Positions 7,819 to 16,471 of a stretch of DNA of 46,010 nt are shown here, piece after piece. The notes beneath the pieces were generated by a model. The model saw only the letters and a list, made by a program, of their open reading frames with translations, was not told the origin of the DNA and searched no databases. The DNA comes from Dehalococcoidia bacterium (lineage in GTDB: Bacteria > Chloroflexota > Dehalococcoidia > GIF9 > AB-539-J10). Within the stretch, counting starts at the first letter, position 1. Each line of letters opens with the position of its first letter. Position numbers and translations under genes: made by a program. Location: positions 1 to 46,010 of the forward strand of contig JALHUO010000046.1 in NCBI GenBank assembly GCA_022866545.1. Direction: 5' to 3'.

Positions 7819-8907
7819 ATGGAGTTTAATGTAGCAGTTTTGCCCGGCGATGGCATCGGCCCGGAGGTTGTGGCCGAAGCGCTGAAGGTCTTGCAGGTGG
7901 TGAGCGAGAAATTCGGGCATAGCTTTCACCTCCGTGAAGGCCTGATAGGCGGCGTTGCTATAGATACTCTGGGCACAGCCCTCGCCGATGAGACCTTGAA
8001 GATGTGCAAGGAAAGCGACGCAGTGCTCCTCGGCGCTGTCGGCGGTTCCAAATGGGACAATCCTCAAGCCAAAATCCACCCTGAAGATGGGCTTCTGGCT
8101 TTGCGTAAAGGGCTGAAGCTGTTTGCCAATTTACGTCCCGTGAAAGCTTTCCCTATGCTGGTAGATTCTACCAACCTCAAGCCGGAGGTGGTTAAGGGAG
8201 TGGACCTGGTGGTGGTTAGAGAGCTTACCGGTGGGCTTTACTTTGGCCAGCCCAAAAAGCAGTGGCGGACTGCAAAGGGAAGGCATGCTGTTGATACTCT
8301 GGCTTATTCCGAGGTAGAAATTGAGCGCATATTGAGGGTAGGCTTTGAGCTGGCTCGCAGCCGCCGGAAGAAGCTGACTTCCGTGGACAAAGCCAATGTC
8401 CTTCAGTCATCCCGGCTATGGAGGCAGATTGCCATAGAAATCTCTGCCGATTACCTTGATATTGAGCTCAAACATATGCTGGTTGACGCCTGTGCCATGA
8501 GGTTTATTCAGCGCCCCGCTGAATTTGATGTTCTGGTTACAGAGAATATGTTTGGCGACATCCTTACTGACGAGGCTTCCATGCTGGCTGGCTCCATGGG
8601 TATGCTCCCTTCTGCCAGTTTAGCGGGAATTCCCAGGGGAAAAACCTTTGGCCTGTATGAGCCGATTCATGGCAGCGCTCCTAGCCGAGCGGGGCAAAAC
8701 CTGGCTAATCCGATCGCCACTATCCTGAGCGTAGCTATGATGCTTCGCTATTCTTTCGCTCTGGAGACGGAAGCTCAGGCTATCGAAAATGCTGTTCTGG
8801 CGACCCTGGAACAAGGTTATAGGACCTACGATATAATGTCGAACGGGAAAACCAGGGTAGGCACGAAAGAGATGGGAGACTTAATTGCTCAACAGCTGAA
8901 GGGTTAA
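7819..8907 (+). CDS. leuB: 3-isopropylmalate dehydrogenase
   Basis: 362 aa. [12 protein letters not shown]-terminus, LLGAVGG.KWD, NLRP, and the [24 protein letters not shown] signature of isocitrate/isopropylmalate dehydrogenases. Confidence 0.95.
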   Translation: MEFNVAVLPGDGIGPEVVAEALKVLQVVSEKFGHSFHLREGLIGGVAIDTLGTALADETLKMCKESDAVLLGAVGGSKWDNPQAKIHPEDGLLALRKGLKLFANLRPVKAFPMLVDSTNLKPEVVKGVDLVVVRELTGGLYFGQPKKQWRTAKGRHAVDTLAYSEVEIERILRVGFELARSRRKKLTSVDKANVLQSSRLWRQIAIEISADYLDIELKHMLVDACAMRFIQRPAEFDVLVTENMFGDILTDEASMLAGSMGMLPSASLAGIPRGKTFGLYEPIHGSAPSRAGQNLANPIATILSVAMMLRYSFALETEAQAIENAVLATLEQGYRTYDIMSNGKTRVGTKEMGDLIAQQLKG

Positions 8908-8918
8908 GGAGAGTCCTC

Positions 8919-10514
8919 ATGGCAAGAATACAGCTTTATGATACGACTCTAAGGGATGGCGCTCAGCAGGAAGGCATTTCCTTTTCCGTTGAAGATAAGC
9001 TCAGGATTTGCCAGAAGCTAGATGAGCTAGGCATCGACTTCGTTGAGGGTGGCTGGCCGGGCTCCAACCCTAAAGACTCTGAGTTTTTTGCCAGAGCACG
9101 GAATCTGCGCTTGACGCATTCCACTCTGGTGGCCTTTAGCAGCACCCGGCACTCAAATTGCCGGGCGGAAAGAGATCCTAATCTGCGGGCCTTGCTCCAA
9201 GCCAAAACCAATGTTGTGACTATCGTAGGAAAGGCCTGGGATAAGCAGGTAACTCGCGTTCTGGAAACAACGCTGGAAGAAAACATCAGCATGATTACAG
9301 ATTCCATAAGTTACCTCAGGGGGAAGAGACTGCGAGTTTTCTTCGATGCCGAGCACTTCTTCGATGGCTATAGAGATAATCCTGAATATACCTTGAAGGT
9401 GGTGATGGCTGCGGCCAAAGCCGGCGCAGAATGTGTGGTTCTTTGTGATACCAACGGCGGCAGCCTGCCGCAACAGATAACAGAGGCTGTTGAAGCTGTG
9501 CTGAAGGCAAGTTCTGCTCCTCTGGGTATTCATACCCATAATGATGCCGAGCTTGCTGTAGCTAACTCCCTGGCTGCGGTGGAAGCGGGAGTCATTCAGG
9601 TCCAGGGGGCCATTAATGGCTACGGTGAGCGCTGTGGCAACGCCAATCTCTGTTCTATCATACCGACTTTGAAGCTTAAGATGGGCATTGACTGCCTTAC
9701 CGACAAGCAACTGAATAAACTCAGCGACGTATCTCGCTATATATCAGAACTGGCCAACATGCCTCATTACGACCGGCTTCCATATGTAGGGGACGACGCC
9801 TTTACTCACAAGGGCGGGATTCACGTATCAGGCATAATAAAATGGGAAGATAGCTATCAGCACATAAGACCAAGTCTGGTAGGGAACCGCCCGCGTGTTG
9901 TCGTTTCTGAGCTGGCTGGCAAGGGGAGCATTGTCTTTAAAGCTAAGGAGCGCGGACTGCCTGTGCCTAAAGGCAAAGCAATTGAGGAAGTGCTGGAGCA
10001 AATCAAATCACTGGAGAAGCAGGGTTTTCAATACGATGTTGCCGAGGCGTCTTTCGACCTTCTGCTCCGGCGGGTTCAGCCTGACTATCGGGCACCTTTC
10101 GAGCTGGTCGACTTCATGGTCGTGGTTGAGAAACGGCGCCGTCCACCCACCAAAGGAAATCAGGAAGAGCCGTTGTCAGAAGCCACCATCAAAGTGAAGG
10201 TAGACGACAGAATAGTGCATACGGCTGCTGAAGGTGATGGCCCGGTCGATGCACTCGACAAGGCTCTGCGCAAAGCCTTGCTCCAGTTCTATCCTGACTT
10301 GACGGCTGTGAAACTGATTGACTACAAAGTGCGGATTCTGGAGGAAACGGCCGGGACTGCGTCTCAAGTTCGGGTGCTTATTGAGTCCAGCGATGGCAGG
10401 GAGAACTGGCGGACGGTGGGTAGCTCCACCAACATCATCGAAGCTAGCTGGCTGGCCCTGGCCGACAGTATGGAGTACTGGCTAACAAAGCGAGCCGGGA
10501 AAGCCAAGGGCTGA
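8919..10514 (+). CDS. cimA: citramalate synthase (LeuA-related, long form with C-terminal regulatory domain)
   Basis: 531 aa. LYDTTLRDGAQQEGISFS HMGL-like N-terminus, HTHND metal site and a LeuA-dimer-type C-terminal domain. Its length and its pairing with leuB fit CimA rather than LeuA. Confidence 0.75.
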   Translation: MARIQLYDTTLRDGAQQEGISFSVEDKLRICQKLDELGIDFVEGGWPGSNPKDSEFFARARNLRLTHSTLVAFSSTRHSNCRAERDPNLRALLQAKTNVVTIVGKAWDKQVTRVLETTLEENISMITDSISYLRGKRLRVFFDAEHFFDGYRDNPEYTLKVVMAAAKAGAECVVLCDTNGGSLPQQITEAVEAVLKASSAPLGIHTHNDAELAVANSLAAVEAGVIQVQGAINGYGERCGNANLCSIIPTLKLKMGIDCLTDKQLNKLSDVSRYISELANMPHYDRLPYVGDDAFTHKGGIHVSGIIKWEDSYQHIRPSLVGNRPRVVVSELAGKGSIVFKAKERGLPVPKGKAIEEVLEQIKSLEKQGFQYDVAEASFDLLLRRVQPDYRAPFELVDFMVVVEKRRRPPTKGNQEEPLSEATIKVKVDDRIVHTAAEGDGPVDALDKALRKALLQFYPDLTAVKLIDYKVRILEETAGTASQVRVLIESSDGRENWRTVGSSTNIIEASWLALADSMEYWLTKRAGKAKG

Positions 10515-10578
10515 CCTCTATTGGATATCTGCAGCTGTCGTAGAAGATTGCGTTTTAGAAGGGAAGAAGGAAACCATC

Positions 10579-11106
10579 ATGGATAAACCAATGCCCAATC
10601 TCCATTTCAGGTTTATGTCCTTGATCTTCGCGTTTCAAGATCTTCACTTGCCCCGCGTAAACATCTTGAGGGAGGTGGGCATACAGCGCGGATTTCGTGT
10701 ACTCGATTATGGTTGTGGACCCGGGAGTTACATTATCCCCCTTGCAGAACTGGTAGGCGAATCGGGGAAGATTTATGCACTGGATATCCATCCTCTGGCA
10801 ATTCATAAGGTTCATAGTATCGCCTCGAAGAAGCAACTAGCGAATGTGGAGACCATTCTTTCCGATTGCCAAACCGGGTTACCGGATAATAGCTTGGACG
10901 TGGTCCTGTTGTACGACATCTTTCATGACTTGAGTGACCCGAACAAGATACTCGAGGAGTTACATCGAGTATTGAAATCGGAGGGAATTCTATCCTTCTG
11001 TGACCACCATATGAAAGGAAATGAAATAGTGTCTGGGGTGACAAGTAGCGGCTTGTTCAAACTGGCGACAAAAGGCAGGAGGACGTATACCTTCTCGAAA
11101 TCGTAG
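10579..11106 (+). CDS. class I SAM-dependent methyltransferase
   Basis: 175 aa. Motif I VLDYGCGPGSY, then YALDIHP and LDVVLLYDIFHDL. Confidence 0.75.
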   Translation: MDKPMPNLHFRFMSLIFAFQDLHLPRVNILREVGIQRGFRVLDYGCGPGSYIIPLAELVGESGKIYALDIHPLAIHKVHSIASKKQLANVETILSDCQTGLPDNSLDVVLLYDIFHDLSDPNKILEELHRVLKSEGILSFCDHHMKGNEIVSGVTSSGLFKLATKGRRTYTFSKS

Positions 11107-11121
11107 AGCATTTCGCTGTGC

Positions 11122-11334
11122 CTATTTTTGTGACAACTTCCTGCAAACAGGGATGAACATAAAGCACAGGCCGCCAACGAAGCACCAAATGCCAGCAATA
11201 ATTAGGCCAACTATCCCTCCGATATAACGGCCCAGCCCTAAAGCTACCCCGATGCTAAGTAAAATAAGCCCGGCAAGGACAAAACCATGGCTGAGCGCCC
11301 ATTCCTTTCTGCTTAGCACTTTCAAATTCTTCAT
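11122..11334 (-). CDS. small hypothetical membrane protein (70 aa, two hydrophobic helices)
   Basis: The track ORF is 11122..11394. I prefer the internal ATG at 11334, which has a GAAGGAGG SD 5 nt upstream and avoids a 46-nt overlap with the hydrolase gene. No family recognised. Confidence 0.4.
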   Translation of the reverse strand: MKNLKVLSRKEWALSHGFVLAGLILLSIGVALGLGRYIGGIVGLIIAGIWCFVGGLCFMFIPVCRKLSQK

Positions 11335-11348
11335 GCTGCCTCCTTCGC

Positions 11349-12128
11349 TTATTGATAAAACGCTCTCCCGGTTATGCACCTGGCCTTTAGCCAATCCAGG
11401 ACAAAATCCATTGCTGCCTTCTCCAGGCGCATTTTATGTTTGGCACCGGGTATCACTTTTAGTTCTTTAGGCTCTTTAGCTTTCTGGTAGAGCCTGCGGG
11501 CGTGCTCCAGGGGTATTAATTCGTCGGCATCTCCATGAACCAGAAGCAAGGGACGGGGGGAAACCCTATCAATCCAGTTGATGGGAGAAACGATCTCAAA
11601 TCCTTTCTGCCAAACCTCTACAGAGGACGGAAAGTCTTTGTCCCTGATTGCCCCAATCTGGCGAAACCGTTGGATGGTGTCCAGGGGCGTTTCTCCTTGA
11701 GGGAGAGAGCGAAAGTCTGCAGGACAGGCACAGGTTACCACTGAAGATACTCTAGGGTCATGAGCGGCAACATAAACGGAAACGGCCGCGCCTCCACTGA
11801 ATCCCAGCAGGCAGATATTGGCCTTATCTGCCTCTTCTAGACTGCAAAGGAAATCAAGAGCAGCCTGTAAATCACGGGTCCAGCCCAGTACGTCTAAATT
11901 ACCTTGGCTCTTTCCCGTGCCCCGGAAGTTGAAGATCAAGGTAGCGAAGCCAGCATTGCAGAACCGCTCCGCCAGTACTGTGTAGCCCTTGTCTGTGGGA
12001 TTGGGGGGATTAGCGGGAATGCCATGACAGATGCACAAGGCAGGGCGAACCTTGCCTTTTGAAGGAACACGAAGCTCGCCGGCAAGCTCGAGTCCGTCGG
12101 CTTGAAAACGAATCTCTTTTGCCTCCAT
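11349..12128 (-). CDS. alpha/beta hydrolase (dienelactone hydrolase / S9-like)
   Basis: 259 aa. Nucleophile elbow GFSGGA, acid HGDADELIP and His in GAKHKM. Confidence 0.8.
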   Translation of the reverse strand: MEAKEIRFQADGLELAGELRVPSKGKVRPALCICHGIPANPPNPTDKGYTVLAERFCNAGFATLIFNFRGTGKSQGNLDVLGWTRDLQAALDFLCSLEEADKANICLLGFSGGAAVSVYVAAHDPRVSSVVTCACPADFRSLPQGETPLDTIQRFRQIGAIRDKDFPSSVEVWQKGFEIVSPINWIDRVSPRPLLLVHGDADELIPLEHARRLYQKAKEPKELKVIPGAKHKMRLEKAAMDFVLDWLKARCITGRAFYQ

Positions 12129-12180
12129 CTTCTGTAGCCCCGTGAGCTTGGCCTATAGTTGACTAAATAAACAACTATGA

Positions 12181-12262
12181 TTCTCTCTCCGCTCGCGGGA
12201 GAAAGTCAGAGACTTGGGAATTCACCCTCACCCAGACCCTCTCCCTTTGAGGGAGGGGGTTT
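12181..12262 (+). repeat. REP-like GC-rich hairpin element, solo intergenic copy (copy A; a degenerate half-copy lies just upstream)
   Basis: ttcaccctcacccagaccctctccctttgagggagggggt. Stem 12238-12245 / 12251-12258 with a 5-nt loop. About 75-80% identical to copies at 41472-41512 (inverted) and 41865-41903. Confidence 0.7.
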
Positions 12263-12314
12263 CTATGTGAGTTTATGAGAAGGACTCTAAGTTCGGTCGG
12301 TATGGCCCAAACCG

Positions 12315-12887
12315 TCACAAAGAGTAGATTCGCCTTCTTTCCCTGAGAATGAGACCGGCTATGAGTCCCAGCAACAACCCGCCGAGATGAGCCTGCCAGG
12401 CTATGCCGGGAAGGAAAGAAAACAGAAGGAAGATCAGGATTGCTGCCCAGAGTGGGATGGGGACCGGAATGGGAAATACAAGGACTGGTACTCTGGGGAG
12501 CATCACCGCCAGGGCTCCACCAAGGGCAAAAATGGCTCCCGAGGCTCCTATCCCTGTTGAATATGGATCTGCGAGAAGGATGAAGAGAATGTTTCCCGCC
12601 AGCCCTCCTAGAAAGAATATTGCCAGGAAGCTTTTCTCTCCTGCTGCCCGGATGAGGAAGCTTCCTAGAAAGTAGAGGCTTATCATATTGCATAGTATGT
12701 GCGCAAACCCACCATGGACGAACATGCTGGTTACGATGGTCCACGGTTGTTGAGAGAGCAGCCCTGGTGTCAACCCAAGGAGATTGATTACTGATTGTGG
12801 CCTTAGCAGGGTGATTATGAAGATCAGGACATTTAGAGCGACCAAGAACCACAGGAGATTCAAACTGACGGCGCGATAAGTTCGCAT
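12315..12887 (-). CDS. rhomboid family intramembrane serine protease
   Basis: Contains HGGFAHILCNM, the GASGAIFALGGA catalytic GxSG and a downstream His (WQAHLGG). The track ORF extends to 13031. I chose Met49 (ATG 12887) because the longer form would overlap the divergent aglB start. Confidence 0.85.
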   Translation of the reverse strand: MRTYRAVSLNLLWFLVALNVLIFIITLLRPQSVINLLGLTPGLLSQQPWTIVTSMFVHGGFAHILCNMISLYFLGSFLIRAAGEKSFLAIFFLGGLAGNILFILLADPYSTGIGASGAIFALGGALAVMLPRVPVLVFPIPVPIPLWAAILIFLLFSFLPGIAWQAHLGGLLLGLIAGLILRERRRIYSL

Positions 12888-13019
12888 CAGGCAATTATAG
12901 GCTAAATCTGGCTTCTGCTTCAACAAACTGTCTAGAGGAGCTCGTGGGTCATGGTGTATTGTAATATCTGGCGCATTAGGTTTATAATGGGCACAATATT
13001 TTCCTTGCAGGAGTCTTAA

Positions 13020-15452
13020 ATGAGCGAGCAAAGTCCAGAGAAAAAACGAAAGTTTCTCCCAATAGTCATAGTGGGCATAATCCTGGCAGCTCTCTGTGGC
13101 ATCTCACTGTACCTACGCCTGGCCCTGCCCTATGACCAGGTTTTTGTCAATAATGCGTCGGTCTGGTTTCGAGAGACTGACGCCTATTATTACATACGGC
13201 ACATAGAGACTATAGTTCACAACTTTCCCCACTTCAATACATTTGACCCTTATCAGTTCTACCCCGGTGGTGCGCCAGGACTTCTTCGGCCATTCTTCGC
13301 CTGGCTTGTCGCTGGAATTATTCTGCTTGTTAAGGGGGGGGCATCAACTCTGCATGCCATGGAAGCGGTGGCCGCCTACGTACCCCCTATTCTAGGCACT
13401 CTGACGCTCATCCCCGTTTACTTCATCGGCAAGGAACTGTTCAACCGTTGGGTGGGTGTAATTTCAGCCGCCCTGGTTATCATCATCCCCAGCGAATTTC
13501 TGCACCGCTCCCTGCTGGGCTTCACCGACCACCATGTCGCCGAGGTTTTGTTCAGCACCGTGTGCATGCTCTTTCTAATCATGGCCATTAGGCGAGCTCG
13601 GGAGAGAGAGATTTCCTTTGCCCACATTCTAAATAGAGACTGGTCAGCCGCAAGGAAGCCCCTCGTGTACACCCTGCTTGCTGGCATCTTCCTGGGTATT
13701 TACCTGCTGGCATGGACAGGAGCACTGCTGTTCGTGTTCATTATATTTGCTTACCTGGTGATTCAGTTCGTCGTGGACCACGTGAGGCATAAATCGACCG
13801 ACTATCTGTGCATTATCGGCACTCCTCTTTTCCTCATCGGCTATCTCATGCTTCTTCCCATATTGGGTGTAGGTAGTCTCGATATTTATCATGCTGCTAT
13901 GTTGATCGCCATAGTCATACCTATTGCCTTGGCTATCGTTTCAAGACTCATGGCACGCAAGGCTTTGAAACCTGTCTACTATCCCTTGACCTTGCTAGGA
14001 GTGGGTGTAATTGGGCTTGTTGCTCTGCGTGCCATCAACCCCTCCTTGTTTAACGGTATGTTCAGCCTATTTAGCATCTTCGCCCCACGTGGTGCTATGC
14101 TGACAGTGATGGAGGTGTCTCCCCTTCTTTTTCCGCAGGGCCAATTTTCTTTTCAAATGGCCTGGGGTAACTTTAATACCTCCTTCTTCATCTCAGTTGT
14201 TGCCATGGGCATGCTTATTTATGGCGCCATTAAGGGGAAAGGTGCCTACAGAATCCTGTTCCTGGTATGGAGCATAATAATGTTGCTGGCAGTCCTTGGG
14301 CAGCGCCGCTTTGGTTACTACTATACCGTAAGCGCCGCGTTGCTGACGGGGTATTTCTCTTGGAAAATGCTGGACGTTGCTGGCCTAAGCAAATTGCTGG
14401 TTAAGTCTAAGGAAGCAGTGAAGGCGGTTAAGAAGTTCAAGAAGAAGGAAAAGAAGAGCAGAGAACAAGCGAAAGCCGGAGGATTTATGCAGCCCAGAGG
14501 CGCCTGGGTGATGGTCATCGTTGTCGGAATAGTTCTATTCGCCATTGTCTTTTTACCCAGTATTTCCCCGGCTAAAGCACTTGGCGGGTCGCCAAATATG
14601 ATTATGGACGAGGGATGGTATAACTCACTTGTGTGGCTAAGGGATAACAGCCCCGAACCTTTTGATGACCCGGATTTCTACTATGAGCTGTACCCACCAC
14701 AGAACGAATTTGAATATCCCGCGACTGCCTACGGTGTGATGTCCTGGTGGGACTATGGCCACTTCATAATGCAGATTGCCCATCGCATACCCAATGCCAA
14801 TCCCGGTCAGGCTGGGGCCGTCCAGGCTGGCCACTTCTTTACCGCCCAGAATGAAACCGCAGCTAACGAAGTTGCCGACAAGGAAGGTACGAAATATGTG
14901 GTAATTGACTACATGATGGCAACTTCGAAGTTCTACGCCATGGCGGAGTGGGCCGGCAAAAGCGTGGATGAGTTTGAACAACGTTACTACGCGCCGGCGT
15001 ACAGCGACGCGCTACAGTACCTACCTTTGTTCTACACCGCATACTACAACTCCACTGTGGCCAGACTTTATAACTTTGACGGCGAAGCTGCAGTTCCGTC
15101 TGCAAACTCCACAGCAGCGATTTCTTGGCAATGGATGACGGGCACAGAACTATTAAATTACGGTTACAAGTGGATAATTTATTCTCAGTATCAAGTAGTG
15201 CCCATAAAAGCGGCGGCACGCTATAACGTAATTGTTGGCAGTCAGTTCTTCTCAAGTTCTGAAGAGGCTGAAACCTATGTCTCAGCTCAGCCATCGGGGA
15301 ATTATGACATAGGAGGCGTCAACCCCTTTGCTACCATCGTGCCTCTCGAAGCACTGAGCAGCTATGAGCGCGTTTATCCAGCTGGGGCCAATGTCACCAT
15401 CAACACGACAACCGTGAAGATTTTTGAGTATCTCGGCTCAGACGAATCCTGA
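13020..15452 (+). CDS. aglB: AglB/STT3-family oligosaccharyltransferase (GT-C, archaeal-type motifs)
   Basis: 810 aa, about 13 hydrophobic segments and a soluble C-terminal domain. Motifs RETDAYYY (E52/D54), GFTDHHVAE (D170-H172, E175), TVME (362-365), WWDYG (576-580, nt 14745-14759) and DK-type VIDYMMATSKFYAM. AGGAG SD lies 6 nt upstream. Confidence 0.9.
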   Translation: MSEQSPEKKRKFLPIVIVGIILAALCGISLYLRLALPYDQVFVNNASVWFRETDAYYYIRHIETIVHNFPHFNTFDPYQFYPGGAPGLLRPFFAWLVAGIILLVKGGASTLHAMEAVAAYVPPILGTLTLIPVYFIGKELFNRWVGVISAALVIIIPSEFLHRSLLGFTDHHVAEVLFSTVCMLFLIMAIRRAREREISFAHILNRDWSAARKPLVYTLLAGIFLGIYLLAWTGALLFVFIIFAYLVIQFVVDHVRHKSTDYLCIIGTPLFLIGYLMLLPILGVGSLDIYHAAMLIAIVIPIALAIVSRLMARKALKPVYYPLTLLGVGVIGLVALRAINPSLFNGMFSLFSIFAPRGAMLTVMEVSPLLFPQGQFSFQMAWGNFNTSFFISVVAMGMLIYGAIKGKGAYRILFLVWSIIMLLAVLGQRRFGYYYTVSAALLTGYFSWKMLDVAGLSKLLVKSKEAVKAVKKFKKKEKKSREQAKAGGFMQPRGAWVMVIVVGIVLFAIVFLPSISPAKALGGSPNMIMDEGWYNSLVWLRDNSPEPFDDPDFYYELYPPQNEFEYPATAYGVMSWWDYGHFIMQIAHRIPNANPGQAGAVQAGHFFTAQNETAANEVADKEGTKYVVIDYMMATSKFYAMAEWAGKSVDEFEQRYYAPAYSDALQYLPLFYTAYYNSTVARLYNFDGEAAVPSANSTAAISWQWMTGTELLNYGYKWIIYSQYQVVPIKAAARYNVIVGSQFFSSSEEAETYVSAQPSGNYDIGGVNPFATIVPLEALSSYERVYPAGANVTINTTTVKIFEYLGSDES

Positions 15453-15523
15453 GTCCTCTGGTAGGAAGTGGCTCCTTTCGTCATTTGGGTTTTGTCATTT
15501 GTCATTCTGTGACTCTCCATATT

Positions 15524-15560
15524 GTGATTGCGGGTCTTTCCTGTTTTGTTATTGCGGGCG
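15524..15560 (+). repeat. second copy of the attgcgRGc - T-rich - attgcgRGc element
   Basis: gtgattgcgggtc-tttcctgttttgtt-attgcgggcg. Compare 3557-3590. Confidence 0.3.
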
Positions 15561-16471
15561 TATATGCGAGAAATGCTGTTATTTGGGTCGTAGGGGGGAA
15601 GACCATGAGGGAAGCCGGGATGATTCGTTTTGTAAAAATGGCTATTTTTCCTGGAGTTCAACAGCTCTTTTTCGTACGTAAGGTGACTACCCGCGGTGGG
15701 TTCAGTTGTTAAAATACGTACGATTCGTTTCGTCGGGTTGCCATTTGTTTTTGCGAGCCGTGGGCTGGCAGACTGGCGCATGGAGGCAAATGGCAGACAA
15801 AGCTCAAATGCCAAAGCCCAAATTACAAACCAAGTCCAAATGATAGAATAGAAGCCATGTTTGCGGGCATTACGGTTGCCTTTCTGGCCACCGCGCTTCC
15901 TTTTAATCTGTGTTGGGTTTATAGTCACGTTCTGAGAAACCTCACTTGCGGGATTTGGTTCGTTGGGGTAGCACACGAGTTCCAAGCAGAGATTAGCAGG
16001 AATTCTTTATTCGGACAAGAGGAAAATGTCACTTCTTCCCCGAATGGTTGACTGAGGCTGTGGAACATCGAGGACAGGGTTTTTCTGTTCATAGTATATA
16101 ACTTATGCTCGAGCTGAAGCTAGAAGACAGCACAAATTGCATATATGCCCACTACGAGCGCCTGAAAGGTGCGTGGCGCTCTCCTTGCTTAAAGCGCAGA
16201 TACAATTTTGTGCGGACCTCTCAAGATCATGCGCTCCTGCTATTGCTGTGGGTCCCGGGCAGGGGTGACATCGGAACTTGGCAGGAAGTGCCTAGACGGT
16301 ATATGATAAGCAAAGGAGATGCTACACGATGAGGAAACGGTCGCCACGCAACCAAGTATTTCCAAGTATCTATCGTATTTATAGAGGGCAAAGCTTCAGA
16401 GATAAGTACGCCATTGAGTAACACCTCGCGAGTGTTTCGCTTAGTTTTCATTACACCATAGGAGGGAGCTG

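Noticed and set aside
9153-9710. 185-aa minus-strand ORF antisense to cimA
   Set aside because: The cimA frame is unambiguous, so this is a shadow ORF.
12175-12894. 239-aa minus-strand ORF overlapping the rhomboid gene in another frame
   Set aside because: It has Pro/Arg/Ser-rich shadow-frame composition and no motifs. Its C-terminus is simply the translated REP-like element (NPLPQRERVWVRV). The overlapping frame has clear rhomboid motifs.
15374-15985. 203-aa minus-strand ORF in the aglB-hddA spacer
   Set aside because: It is low-complexity (MTNDKTQMTK-type strings from catttg repeats) and overlaps the aglB 3' end. It has no start context or domain pattern. Only the GNRNARKHGFYS segment was kept, as a note in a finding.
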